From: Macrostomum lignano
Taxonomy: Eukaryota
DNA length: 64,000 nt
Assembly: GCA_002269645.1 (NCBI GenBank)
Contig: NIVC01002290.1
Span: forward strand, 122,468 to 186,467
Direction of reading: 5' to 3'
Part shown: piece by piece, positions 47,726 to 60,466 of the stretch
Numbering within the stretch: the first letter of the stretch is position 1
Layout of the letters: each line of letters opens with the position of its first letter
Position numbers and translations under genes: made by a program
The notes under the pieces: model-generated
What the model was told of the DNA's origin: nothing
The model's database searches: none
Seen by the model: only the letters and a program-made list of their open reading frames with translations

Positions 47726-47957
47726 CCTATCTCCATCAGCAGTAATTCTCTTGTCTTATTGTTGCTTAGAGTGGATTAATGGGACTCGCAGAGCATAAGA
47801 TTTAAGCACAGAAGCGTCCGAATATGCGTAAAATATTGTTAGAAACGATATGCTTTTAATGAGTTTAAAATGTAGACGAGCATTAAATTCTACACATTTT
47901 TTAAAGATACGCTTTATCCATAAAATATTTTTAAATCCCTACTCACAGTAGTACACT

Positions 47958-48305
47958 GAGGTTTGAAATCACGCGCAATGGGATGTGAGAGGGCTGGGGA
48001 TGTGAAATCTTACACAAGAGGAAAGGGTGGGTGGGGTTTGAAATCACACACTAGGGAGAGAGAAGTGAGGTGGGGGTTGAAATCACACACTAGAGAGAGA
48101 GAAGTGAGGTGGGGGTTGAAATCACACACTAGAGAGAGAGGAGTGGGTGGGGTTTGAAATCACACACTAGGGGAGAGGAGTGGGTGGGGTTTGAAATCAC
48201 ACACTAGGGGAGAGGAGTGGGGTGGGGTTTGAAATCACACACTAGGGGAGAGGAGTGGGGTGGGGTTTGAAATCACGCGCAAAAGGGAGTGGGGTGGGGG
48301 TTTCA
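47958..48305. repeat. About 37-bp array (GGGGTTTGAAATCACACACTAGGGGAGAGGAGTG)
   Basis: Directly visible. Confidence 0.85.
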
Positions 48306-48360
48306 AATATAACACAAAGAGAAAAGCAGTAAGATAAAAAGTATGTTTAATTAACAAAAA

Positions 48361-49498
48361 TCATGTGCACTCGCAGTAGAGTCCGTCTGGAGCTACACCG
48401 CTGCCAGCAACGACTCTCTCGCAACCAGTGCAGATGCCTACATTAAGAAGCGAGCGCTGTTGCTTTTTCCTACAAAACCACTGCCGAAGCTGGAAGAAGA
48501 CCACACCAGCTGACACGATGAATACGCCCAGGACAGCGAAGCAGATAATTATGGGAGTTGCTTGATTTGGCGGGGCCTCAGAAACCTCGAATTGGTGCGG
48601 GCTTGTCTGTCCAAAAGTGCTAGTAGGGCTTGGAGTAGACCCGAGTGTTGAAACAGGTGTAGTTTCCGGCCGGCAGGTTAGGTTGCAGGCGCCTGTCACA
48701 TCGTATAGACAGCGAATGATGTCCTGCTCGGCCTGAGGCAGGGCCCCCACATACTCGGTCGGGCAGTCTCGGCATTCAACGCACATCGAGTCCGGGTGCT
48801 GGCAGGGACCACAGCTCAAAGACGAGGGACAGTCGGCGGCTTTGCGGAACTCGCTACATGAAGACCGTAGGGCATTGGCGTCTGATGAGGGGAAGCGGAA
48901 GTTGATGAGTTCAATGACCATAGAACTGGGAGTGGCGGCAGCTCAATGGAAGCGGAGAGGGGGTAGCGGCAACTCCATGGAAGCAGAGAGACGGTAGCGG
49001 CAACTCCATGGAAGCAGAGAGGGGGTAGCGGCAACTCCATGAAAGCGGAGAGAGGGTAGCGGCAACTCCATGAAAGGGGAGAGGGGGTAGTGGCAACTCC
49101 ATGGAAGCGGAGAGGGGGTAGCGGCAACTCCATGGAAGCGGAGAGGGGTAGCGGCAACTCCATGGAAGCGGAGAGAGGGTAGCGGCAACTCCATGGAAGC
49201 GGAGAGAGGGTAGCGGCAACTCCATGGAAGCGGAGAGAGGGTAGCGGCAACTCCATGGAAGCGGAGAGAGGGTAGCGGCAACTCCATGGAAGCGGAGAGA
49301 GGGTAGCGGCAACTCCATGGAAGCGGAGAGGGGGTAGCAGCAGCTCTATGGACAGCGGATCAGAGAGGGTAGATTGGCCTTTCAAGGACCTAGAAGTAGA
49401 ACTTATCAACGTGCTCCACTGATAATCAAAATACCCCCAGATAACTTACCTGCCCCACAGGTGTGGAGAAGCAGAAGCAGTGCAATCACTAGAAGCAT
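48361..49498 (-). CDS. Orphan type I membrane protein with Cys-rich ectodomain, 2 exons, about 189 aa
   Basis: Exon 1 49498-49450 encodes MLLVIALLLLLHTCGA plus G, followed by gtaagt (phase 1). Exon 2 48881-48361 follows a pyrimidine-rich tcatcag acceptor. Architecture: signal, 8-Cys domain, S/T/P stalk, TM (IIICFAVLGVFIVSAGVVFF), short basic Cys-containing tail. Confidence 0.7.
48925..49345. repeat. 31-bp array (GGTAGCGGCAACTCCATGGAAGCGGAGAG[A/G]G) in the intron of the orphan membrane gene
   Basis: Directly visible. Confidence 0.95.
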
Positions 49499-49952
49499 TA
49501 TTCAGAAGCTATTCGCGCTAGTATGATAAGGTCTAGTTTGCAGCTTTCTGCTTTATATGTTCTGTCTTGCTTTCTGCAGCGCCTGTACCCACGTAAAATT
49601 TAAACATGGAACTGCATGAAGCCCAGGAAAATTGTGAATAAAGTACGAGCTTACCAACCGCGCAGTCTAAAAATAGGCCAGTCCGCGCACACAGCATTCT
49701 GCCGTTCTGTCTCGTCTAATAAAAATTGGAACCAAGTGTTGAGTCAGAGCTAAAAATATAATAGCTATTAATTTGCCCGCTGTACAGTGCCCGCTCGTAC
49801 ACTGCACGTTAAAACTGTTTTTTTCTAAAACTTCAATGAGTAATAAGTAGGTGGATGTACATGTATGAAGAATATAACTGAATGATTACCCAAAAACAAA
49901 TTAAAGTCTTTTGTTTCACCCACCAGCCACGCTGTGGCTAGAAAGGGGGAAG

Positions 49953-50590
49953 TCAGAGAGCGCGTCTCTGGGCCATAGCCCTCAGAAAGTCACAACCCCC
50001 AGCTTGGTCCGGGGCGCCAGCATCGGTCAAAAGCCTGTCGGGGTATCTCGCCGTTCGCCCTTGGCCTCGCCTGCGCGGTCCCTGCAGCTTGAGCAGCAGC
50101 GGCTCAGGGCAGCGAGCCCCCGACCGGATGACATGGCCAGCCAGTCGAAGTCGCCGCCCACGCAGTAGGTCAGAAGCAGAAGGCCGCATCAGGCGCCGTG
50201 CCCTCGTGTAGAACGCGGCATTGGTCTCGCTGCCTGGACCGCTGCGCACTCCGAACGCCGCACGCAGCATGGTCGCATACGCAGCGTCCAGCTGCCTCTC
50301 CAAAGCGTCCGTCATGGTCCAGGTCTCAACGACTGCCTGAAACAGCCGAGCCTTGAGCCCATCATCCAGAACGAAACGCAACCCAGACCAGTCCTCGTCG
50401 TCTCACCAGGTCGTCGGCAACGTCCGGCACGAGGCCGCAGAGGTACAGGAACCGCTGGCAACGGGTAGGCATGATTGCCGCGTTCAGCATGAGGCCGACT
50501 CGCGATGCTGCTGCCGTCAGGCCATCCAGCAGCCGCTGAGCGCCTTCAGCCGACGACGGCGACGACGACAACAGCCGACGATTATCCAAC
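49953..50590 (-). mobile_element. Degenerate RTE-like LINE fragment, same family as 13914-14538
   Basis: Two frames (50589-50362 and 50381-49953) give LLSSS..AQRLLDGL..VGLMLN, CQRFLYLCGLVPDV, LFQAVVETWT, RRLRLAGHVIR; frameshift and deletions present. Confidence 0.8.
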
Positions 50591-51191
50591 TACGTGCATG
50601 CGCTGAAGCAGATGGATAGGAAGGGATGGGAAGTGTTCTAAGGATGATAGAAGATCAGAAGTCCCTACCGTAAGGGAACATAATCCTATGCATGAAATAC
50701 AAATCTACGAGCGCATATTGAGTTCATAGAGCTACCTTTTCTGAAATATAACCAGAGACCGACAGCAAAGAACAGTTCCGGAAAATTCCTGTTAATCTTT
50801 CGGAAGAAAAGATTTTTTTCTAGACGGGATTTTTCTCGACTGAAGTTGTCTATGGCTAAAGCCTCTTTGTAAAATCTGTTAAGAGAACGCAAGCTTGTCA
50901 AAAATTTTTATTGGATTGAAGAGCGAAGCAACGCTGAAGACTCAGTTGAGAGTGCAAAATTCACAAATCACACGCATGTTTTTGCTCCTTTGAGTCATTC
51001 TTATTTGATTCTGCGTGCAGGATTGCTGATCTGGCACGCCCAAGCGTGCAGAATTGATGTTTTCTATGGCAAATTATCCTTTAGGTCTAATGCATCTTAC
51101 GTGCAGGATTGCACTTTATTTTTAGACAACAAGAAAATAACGAGTGAAAATTGGTTAATATCATTACTAGTTTTTCGCTTGCGATCAGATG

Positions 51192-52172
51192 CTACTCAAA
51201 TACAAATTCAATGACGTTGGTGTCACCATTGGCTCGAATCTTCAAATTCTTCCGATTTTCCGGAATAACTCGCACACAGCGCACAGAGCCCGACGTAGGA
51301 TCGTTGATAACGTCAACTGGGTCACTTGCCTCAGTGCCTACAACTTGAGGGTCGGCCGTAGTAGCCACCTCCACGGCAGCCGTTAGTTGATGGCTCATAG
51401 CACAGATCGCTTGCTCTCGTTTATTCCCTCGTCGAATGTAGCGCTCGACGGATGCACCTCGCTTGTGGCCAGTCACTTTAGCGATAGTTTCGACATTAAA
51501 TCCAGCGTCGTGAAGTTCTGTGATTACAGTTGCACGCACACAATGCGCAGTGTATGGCTTGGACAATCCGGCGGACGTAGAAATTTTCTTCATCAGAGGC
51601 CCAAGGGTGTTGACTCCTACTGCACTCTTGCTGTACCACTTACCAGATGAACGAAAGTTAGCGTTTGGTCGCAGAAAGAAGTCCACTCCGTTCCATCCTT
51701 CAACTTCGGTGACCTTTTGCTTGTACAGTCTGAACGCCTCAACTGGGCATTTGGCAGAATCTCCCTTTGACACCATCAACGCTTGCTTGTTGTCAACCAA
51801 GACGGCGACGCTGATAGAACCATGTAGATTCTTTGAATCTCCCTGAACAAGCTCAATCGCGTAGAGTCCATTGGCGAGCCGCTTCTCACAAAACCGATCA
51901 AACCTCAAACCACGCAACCATTCACGGCCTCTATTCCCATAGTAATAAATGATGTTAAAGTATACTTCCTCTTGAAGACGCACCGGATTCGACCGATCGA
52001 AGTATTTACCGAGCTTCTTCAGGTCGTCACTCTCAATAGCATCGTAGTGCTTCACTCTTCCTCCAGATCGAAGGAAAGCGTTGCAAATGCTCTTCATGGT
52101 AAGATTGGCGGCATGAAAGGCTTTATCATTTATTATGTCAATCGCTCGCAACTTCATAATATGGCGAAACAA
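51192..52172 (-). mobile_element. Crypton-type tyrosine recombinase ORF (DUF3504/phage-integrase fold), 5' end disrupted
   Basis: YYGNRGREW, DSKN, CPVEAFRLY, FFLRP, WYSKSAVGVNTL, YTAHCVRAT, TGHK, SVERY match the Crypton/ZMYM-KCTD1-type YR domain. In-frame TAA at about 52188-52190 and no upstream ATG. Confidence 0.85.
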
Positions 52173-52744
52173 ACCATTGCTTTGTTTTTATAGTGGCAAC
52201 TAGCTTTCAATTGTAATCTCCTTTCGTTACCCCCTCCCCTCACCATCTCCAGCGTGCAAGATTGATTTTGTCTATGGTTAAAATGTGGGGCTTCGCCCCA
52301 CGCCCCCAGCGGGGGCTCTGCCCCCGCACCCCCGCTAGCAGCGGGTAATGTCTATAGTAATATCAATTATAACCTTTTTTGGGCAGAATGTAAAATGAAA
52401 GAATCAAATAAGAATGAGATTCATGCACGCCAACTCGTGCGTCTATGGCAAAGAGCACTCGTGCGCTTCGCGCACTCGTGCTTTTGCCAATGACGCACTC
52501 GTTAGCGTTCAAGAATCCTAACAGTCAGTGTATTCCCAACCAGACGTCAAATTCTCCTTTTACTCGTAGGCTGGGTTAAGCCATAGACATCTAAAAAACG
52601 CAGACATCACACCTCCTTACATGTACTTCTAACAGCATGGATTTTATAGTGGACGGACAAAGCGAAAGAATTCTACATAACTAAATTCCTATACCATTTT
52701 GTGAATCGGTGTTGTTAGCACTCATTTTGGCGCCACAGAGCATG

Positions 52745-53022
52745 CAGCCTCGGCAATCTTTGGCCCGTGGGCCACATGAGGCCCGCAAAGCCTCTATCCG
52801 CCCCTCGGGTCCTTTGAAACTTCACAATAGCAATCCGGCCCGCTCAAAGTTTGTGTCTCTTCTCAGCTCTCTTTTCGCCTCTCCTGTCCCCTATTTGATC
52901 TCTCGTCTCCTCGCTTCTCCTTTCGCCCATCTCTCTTCTCTATTCCCTCTCCTCTTTTGCCCCTCCTCATTCGCTGGGTTCTCTATCTGGCCCTTCAGGT
53001 AAAAAAATTTTGCTGACCCCTG
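52745..53022. mobile_element. hAT-type MITE, copy 2 (short internal CT tract)
   Basis: About 100 bp nearly identical to 8751-8857; right TIR TTTGCTGACCCCTG; left TIR degenerate; flanked on both sides by the 41-bp satellite unit. Confidence 0.65.
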
Positions 53023-53029
53023 CCATAGT

Positions 53030-53635
53030 GACTCATTTTGGCGCCGCAGACACTCATTTATCACCTCAGGCACTCATTTTGGCGCCGCAGACACTCATTT
53101 ATCACCTCAGGCAATCATTTTGGCGCCGCAGACACTCATTTATCACCTCAGGCAATCATTTTGGCGCCGCAGACACTCATTTATCACCTCAGGCACTCAT
53201 TTTGGCGCCAAAGGCACCCATTTATCACCTCAGGCACTCATTTTGGCGCCGCAGACACTCATTTATCACCTCAGGCACTCATTTTGGCGCCGCAGACACT
53301 CATTTATCACCTCAGGCACTCATTTTGGCGCCAAAGGCACCCATTTATCACCTCAGGCACTCATTTTGGCGCCGCAGACACTCATTTATCACCTCAGGCA
53401 CTCATTTTGGCGCCGCACACTCATTTTTACCCCAGGCACTCATTTTGGCGCCGAAGACACTCATTTAGGCGCCAAAGGCACCCATTTTTCACCTCAGGCA
53501 CTCATTTAGGCGCCAAAGGCACCCATTTTTCACCTCAGGCACTCATTTTGGCGCCAAAGGCACCCATTTTTCACCTCAGGCACTCATTTTGGCGCCAAAG
53601 GCACCCATTTTCACCTCAGGCACTCATTTAGGCGC
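53030..53635. repeat. 41-bp array (CACTCATTTTGGCGCCGCAGACACTCATTTATCACCTCAGG)
   Basis: Directly visible; one more partial unit at 52719-52738. Confidence 0.93.
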
Positions 53636-54328
53636 CGAGTCACATTATATTTTGGCACCCCACAGCAAAATTACTGATGTCCATAACGGGTCACGAGGTA
53701 GGGCGGGAGGAACAAAGCATTGGCATGTCTCACCCCGTAGCCTTTGCTACGGGGACCGGCCTCTGTCCCCTCCGGTGGCGATGAGTCGTAGAGCCAAAAA
53801 ACCTCGATTTTCAATAACAATAAACATCCTACTTACTGAACGCAACTCAGTAGTAGTTTAAACACACGAGCACATCAAGTCGTTAATGGTAAATTTGAAG
53901 CTAAATTAAGCTTAAACAAATGTCTAGTTTTTTTGTAAATATATATTTAACTGAATTGTGCATTTTGATTGAATCAACCAGATGTATAAATAATGATACT
54001 ACATAAATCGAATTAAATATAAATAATGGCTGGCATGTTTTAAATCATATCTACCGAGAATTGCTGGCTACACAAAAATCTATACTGCAAAAGCTAATCA
54101 ATTACATTCGGTTTAAGATTTGAAACAACAAAACAAAATACGACAGGGCCTCAAGATACCGGGAGAGTTGATATTTAGTTGATGGCAAACACAAAAAACC
54201 AGCAGATTCCACTTAAGGCTTAAAATTTGACTGAAAAAGAAAATTATTAAATATGAGTCTAAGGACACACTACAAGCCGTGAACCGCTCAGCAATGGGTT
54301 CATAAAGTAAATTCCAATGAGCAACCAG

Positions 54329-57300
54329 TCAAGCTAGCTTAGCGTACAGATCGATAACATCCTGCACGTCGTCTTTGGAGCCCATGAACACTGGCGATCG
54401 CTGGTGAATATCGGTTGGCACAATCTCCAGGATGCGGCCACGACCGGTGGAGGCCTGACCGCCCGCCTGCTCCATGATGAAGGCCATGGGGATGCACTCG
54501 TACAGCAGGCGCAGTTTGCCCTTCGGCGCGTCCTTAGTGGCCGGATACATGAAGATGCCGCCGTAGCAGATGGTCCGGTGCACGTCCGCCACCATGCTGC
54601 CGATGTAGCGGGCTCCGTACAGCTGCTTGCCAGGCTCCGGGTACTTCTTGCTGTGCACGTAGGTCTTCACAGCCTGGTCCCAGGTGGACTCGTACGATTC
54701 GTTGATTGAATAGATTTTGCCGCGTGGCTTGATGCGCATGTTGCGCTCCGTTAGCACAAATTCGCCTGCGGTGGGTGGTGCGGCTTAGAGATTCTTAGGC
54801 CACGAGATGCCTATCTGGGATGCTGGCCTAGCAACTGAGGATCTGGGAGGCTGGCCTAGCAACTGAGGATCTGGGAGGCTGGCCTAGCAACTGAGGATCT
54901 GGGAGGCTGGCCTAGCAACTGAGGATCTGGGAGGCTGGCCTAGCAACTGAGGATCTGGGATGCTGGCCTAGCAACTGAGGATCTGGGATGCTGGCCCAGC
55001 AACTGAGGATCTGGGATGCTGGCCTAGCAACTGAGGATCTGGGAGGCGGGCCTAGCAACTGAGGATCTGGGAGGCTGGCTTAGCAACTGAGGATCTGGGA
55101 TGCTGGCCTAGCAACTGAGAATCTGGGAGGCTGGCCTAGCAACTGAGGATCTGGGATGCTGGCCTAGCAACAGAGGATCTGGGATGCTGGCCTAGCAACT
55201 GAGGATCTGGGAGGCGGGCCTAGCAACTGAGGATCTGGGAGGCTGGCCTAGCAACAGAGGATCTGGGATGCTGGCCTAGCAACTGAGGATCTGGGAGGCG
55301 GGCCTAGCTACTGAGGATCTGGGAGGCTGGCCTAGCAACTGAGGATCTGGGAGGCTGGCCTAGCAACTGAGGATCTGGGAGGCGGGCCTAGCAACTGAGG
55401 ATCTGGGAGGCTGGCTTAGCAACTGAGGATCTGGGATGCTGGCCTAGCAACTGAGAATCTGGGAGGCTGGCCTAGCAACTGAGGATCTGGGATGCTGGCC
55501 TAGCAACAGAGGATCTGGGATGCTGGCCTAGCAACTGAGGATCTGGGAGGCGGGCCTAGCAACTGAGGATCTGGGAGGCTGGCCTAGCAACTGAGGATCT
55601 GGGATGCTGGCCTAGCAACTGAGGATCTGGGAGGCGGGCCTAGCAACTGAGGATCTGGGAGGCTGGCCTAGCAACTGAGGATCTGGGAGGCTGGCCTAGC
55701 AACTGAGGATCTGGGAGGCGGGCCTAGCAACTGAGGATCTGGGAGGCTGGTCTAGCAACTGAGGATCTGGGAGGCTGGCCTAGCAACTGAGGATCTGGGA
55801 TGCTGGCCTAGCAACTGAGGATCTGGGATGCTGGCCTAGCAACTGAGGATCTGGGAGGCTGGCTTAGCAACTGAGGATCTGGGATGCTGGCCTAGCAACT
55901 GAGAATCTGGGAGGCTGGCCTAGCAACTGAGGATCTGGGAGGCTGGCCTAGCAACTGAGGATCTGGGATGCTGGCCTAGCAACTGAGGATCTGGGATGCT
56001 GGCCCAGCAACTGAGGATCTGGGATGCTGGCCTAGCAACTGAGGATCTGGGAGGCTGGCCCAGCAACAGAGGATCTGGGATGCTGGCCTAGCAACTGAGG
56101 ATCTGGGAGGCTGGCCAGCAGCTGAGGATCTGGGAGAATCTGAGAGGCTCTGAAAAGATGGCAGCCCAGTGGGATACTAAAGAAAGGAATCAATAACCAC
56201 ACTATTATTAATTTTTGGAAGGCCAAGCAGGCCAGGCAGTCTCACCAATGGACGGGTCCAACATGAACCCGTTGACCCCACCGCCCAGAGATAGCACAAC
56301 CATGGTGGCGCTGCCATACAGAGCATATCCGGCACCAACCACCTGGTCGCCAGGCTGCAGGGCGTCTTTGGTGCTAACAGGGCCATCGCCAAGTCGGCGG
56401 AACACACAGAAGATGCTGCCGATGGACACCAGGCAGTCAATGTTAGATGAACCATCTAGAGGATCAAAGCACACGATGTACCTTCCCTCGTGCTCAGAGT
56501 CCACCACAATCAGGTCTTTATTCTCCTCAGATACCATAGCGCACACTTTAAATGTTGAGCTCAGCATGTTGATGAAGAGATCATTGGCCAGCACATCCAG
56601 CTTCTTGACATCTTCACCTTGGACATTTTGACCACCAGCCATGCCAAACCTATGCAATAGAAATTACAAGGGTAAATTTCCTTTGGCTAAATATATATTT
56701 ATTGATAATTAAAAAAGCATTCAAAAAGGTTTTTAAAAAAACCCAATTCTAATTGACTATAAAAAAAAATTATGCTAGACAATTTGTTAAATTTAACTGT
56801 AGACTATAAGTGTTTTTGTTGACAATTATTAGTGCAAAGAAAATATTACATATAATAATATAAAATAGACTTATTATAGCTAAGGCTTATTAGAAATAAA
56901 AATACTAATTAGCTATATAAAGAGCATTCTAAACATTAAAAATAATATTTATTATTTATCTAAATTTTAGAATAGTACCTAACAATAAGGGCATAGGGAG
57001 GACACCAACCAAGGACATGTCCTATCTTAGAAGGGAGATAATTTTTTATTACTTTTATATTTTTCTTTGATTGCTGACTGTTTAATATAATAAGGGATAT
57101 AGATTGATGTCTTTGTGTTCCCTTGGACATTAATCCTGGCTCTGCACCTGCTTAACAATAATATAAAGTATAACATAATATATAACTATTTTAATTTAGC
57201 AATTCAATCAATGCTTTGTCTATAAAATTATAATTTGAATGAAAGAAGGATGAAGGACAGCTATTTAGTATATTGTGATAGTAACATTATACAAGTTTAT

Positions 57301-57629
57301 AAGCTATTTTGTATAGCTTAATCCTTATAGCTAGCTATGGCCTATGACCTTTGTTTGCACCTGACTCTAGTTAATGACAGACAATAGTATTGTTAGTTGA
57401 TTGAAGAAAACCTAGATGCATTCTGACTTGTGTAAAAAATGACAGACATTGATTGGCCTTACATGGAATTCATTCCAGCACGACGAACTGCCGATGAAAC
57501 AGCCTTAACAGCAGTGCAGATGGCAGTCATAATATTGGTGAAGTCACCAGAAGCAGACTTGTGCTTCTTTTGCTCTTCAAGGATGAACCTTGTGAGCGTC
57601 ATACAGTTGGTATCGATTGGTGAGCTCAT
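54329..57629 (-). CDS. FBP1: Fructose-1,6-bisphosphatase class I, 3 exons, about 335 aa
   Basis: Exons 57629-57463, 56649-56246, 54765-54329; GT-AG, 1008 nt total. [68 protein letters not shown]. Confidence 0.97.
54815..56140. repeat. 28-bp array (GGCCTAGCAACTGAGGATCTGGGA[G/T]GCT) filling FBPase intron 2
   Basis: Directly visible; the variant GAGAATCT recurs 336 bp (12 units) apart at about 55117 and 55453. Confidence 0.97.
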
Positions 57630-59603
57630 TTCCGTATATCTTTATTGTTTACAAATAATGATAATTGATAATAATAACGCAAACAAAGCAATTACTCAGT
57701 TTGACAAACCAGTATCAATGGAAGGTCAGTGAAAAAACAGCACACTGAACTTTTAGTAGGAAGCGGACACACCCCCAGCCAAAATATAAATATAATTTTA
57801 AATTTACTTTTTTTAAATGTATACTGTTTTCGCAGGTTGCATTTTTTAGTATTATTGCTTGCAATCTCAAAAACAACAGCCGTTTTTTTGTTATGTTGCT
57901 TAGAAATCGGAAACACTAATTAAAAATAAACCACCAACTCAATAAGTTTTTTTGAAAGTTAAGTGATAAGAGTCCAGAAACTAAAGAATCTGCTAATTTT
58001 CATTTCTTTTCGTGGATTCAATACTTCAATACTTTTAGTGGATTCGTGTGTCCACAGTAGTAGTGGTCCTTGATTTAATAATATGTAAAAATTATTTGTA
58101 TAGTAATATGCATTAACACTAATTGTTTATGAATGAATAAGCCTTTTGAAAAAAGAAAAGAGAAAGAAAAAATAAATGTAGCTTATATTATGTATTCTAT
58201 TTGCTCAAATATAAAATCAAAGATTTGCTAAATAATGCCCAATAAGCCCCCGAGTTTTTTTTTCCAGAAGACGCATGTAGACTCTTGGCGGTCTCCTACC
58301 CACTGGTCATCCGTGGGAGAATTCGGCGGCTGCTGCCGAGACTGCTGCAGAGGACAACGGAAGGATCATGAGGAAATAAGGAAGGAATCGTTTCCGCATT
58401 GGGTATAACAACATAGTTATATTAAGGTGTAAGAAAAATAAAAAAATGGACATCTGGAGCTACATGTGCACTTAACTTGTCTATGCTCTGTGGACTTCTA
58501 AAATATTAGGGATAGAAAGCAAACTATAGTTCATGATCTCGTACACTGAGTCTTATGTAATCCAAGCTAATTGATGAGTGTTGGTGATGATGATGTTGCC
58601 ATCTTGCTCCTGCCAAATGACAAATTCATCACGAGTGGAGACATGCGTTAAAATCTCTTCCTTCTGAATTCTATCTTAGCTAGTAGGTGAACAGCCTGAA
58701 GTAAAGTAAAATTTTCGTTTAACGCCAATACTATATTACCAGTCATTTCCATGCGTTATTACGAGTATTTTGCCACTAATGCAAACATTCGCATTACAAT
58801 TACGTTGGTGATATTCAAATTAATAAATAAGATTTTATTAGTGGTATTTTTTAATCGATATAGTGAGACAAGAAGAGAAATTATCAAGATTACCATGTCA
58901 TAAAGAAGGATTTTCCCAAAAATATCAAAAGATCACTTCGTAATTTTAACTCCAACGCCCCTCACAAGTAACAAGAAAGCATGACATTGCTGTGTCGAGA
59001 CACATTAAATTGGGATGCAGTGCTGCGTTGCATCTCAACTGAAGGATTCTCCGCCTCCGCAAACATGGAATTTCCTCAAGACATTCCACACTGGGAAGAC
59101 TCCACACGGAAATCCGCGTATTTCAATTAGGAAGCAGGTAGAATCCGCGTAGTGATACAATATCCAACGCCTACGTTGATTTGGAAGACGGAAACCTGGC
59201 AAGGAGCCAGCGGCATCGCTAGACTTCAGGTGGAATACGAGCGATGGGAGAGATTCCGTGTTTGGTTCCAACCCAGAGCAATTTGGTCCCAGCCGGGTTT
59301 GCCAAGGTTTCCAGTTGCACAGCGGTGTCTCGGTACCTCAGCAGATCGCAGACGAAGTCGAGAATAGCTCTAGCGCGGGGGCGAATTATTCGACTCAGTC
59401 GAGATGGGGAGCATTGGAATCGAATTTTTAATAATCTCAAAGCCAATAGTGCTGGGAAAGGATTAACCAGTGCAGACAGTATAAAAGGAATTTCGCGCTA
59501 GAGAGTCCCCAGCTGGTGCGCCAAAAGCAGTTCGACATCCATTCAGGTCTTTGGAGAGCCAAGCAAAGGATATTACGAGTTACCGACTGCTCTTGCTAAT
59601 AAA

Positions 59604-60113
59604 ATGGTGTCGCTGCGCCTCCTGACCATCTTTGTTCTTGTCGCCTCGTCCGTCGCCCTGTCCATAGGCGAATGGGACTTCGCGGCCCGGCTGAGGCACC
59701 ACTGTGCCAGACGCCTGCCCAAAGCCAAGACCCAAGACTGGTTCAACGGGAACCTCATCTGGACCGTCGTCAGCCCGTTCGACGGCGACTACCAGGATCC
59801 GATCGGCAATCGAAGCGACGCTGTCAACAGTGCCAGTCTGCCGTGCAACTTCCGCGATGAGAAGGTTTTTAGCATGGGCAACGGAGACAGGTGCCTGCCT
59901 GGCGCGCCCTGCTTTCGCCAGCAGGTGTGCAACGACGTCTATCCCAAGCAGTTTCTTCCGAGCTCCCTGGCCTGCTCCAAGGACGATAGCTTCAGGAATG
60001 ACGACGAGACCGCGTTCGTTGATACCGGGGTCAACTGTTACGGCCTGCGGGCCTATCAGCGCCTGAAGGTGCAGGTGAAGCGGTGCCGAGTGTACATCAA
60101 GACCCTCGGCTGA
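59604..60113 (+). CDS. Orphan secreted protein, 169 aa, 8 Cys, intronless
   Basis: ATG in aaaATGG context; hydrophobic signal MVSLRLLTIFVLVASSVALS; strongly GC3-biased codons in AT-richer flanks; stop TGA 60111-60113. Confidence 0.75.
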   Translation: MVSLRLLTIFVLVASSVALSIGEWDFAARLRHHCARRLPKAKTQDWFNGNLIWTVVSPFDGDYQDPIGNRSDAVNSASLPCNFRDEKVFSMGNGDRCLPGAPCFRQQVCNDVYPKQFLPSSLACSKDDSFRNDDETAFVDTGVNCYGLRAYQRLKVQVKRCRVYIKTLG

Positions 60114-60466
60114 CTGCCTGCAACTAGAGCCGGACTGCCTCAACTGCTAATGCGCGCCCTGCGGCCCCCGCCAGTCAACTTGGGGGAATGAAGGAAAATA
60201 TATATGACAGGCTACTCAAAAATTGTTTAAAGATAGACACTATTAAAGAATACTATCAAAAAATAACAACCGAGTTCATTTATTCACAAGAATAAAGGGT
60301 TCCCTACTTGTAGAGACTTTCAGCTGCGTGCGAGACTTTTCAAAAGCGAAGCGCTGTCTATGAGGCAACCATCCTGTCCAGGAATGAATACCAAAAAAAC
60401 AAAGGCAGAATAGAAGTGAAAGTGCAGAATACTGTACTTTGAAGTGTGATCTCCATCTTCTGTTGA

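Noticed and set aside
59035-59501. LINE-like peptides (LIWKTETW; SRIALAR)
   Set aside because: The motifs occur in the wrong order and in different frames; similarity is too weak.
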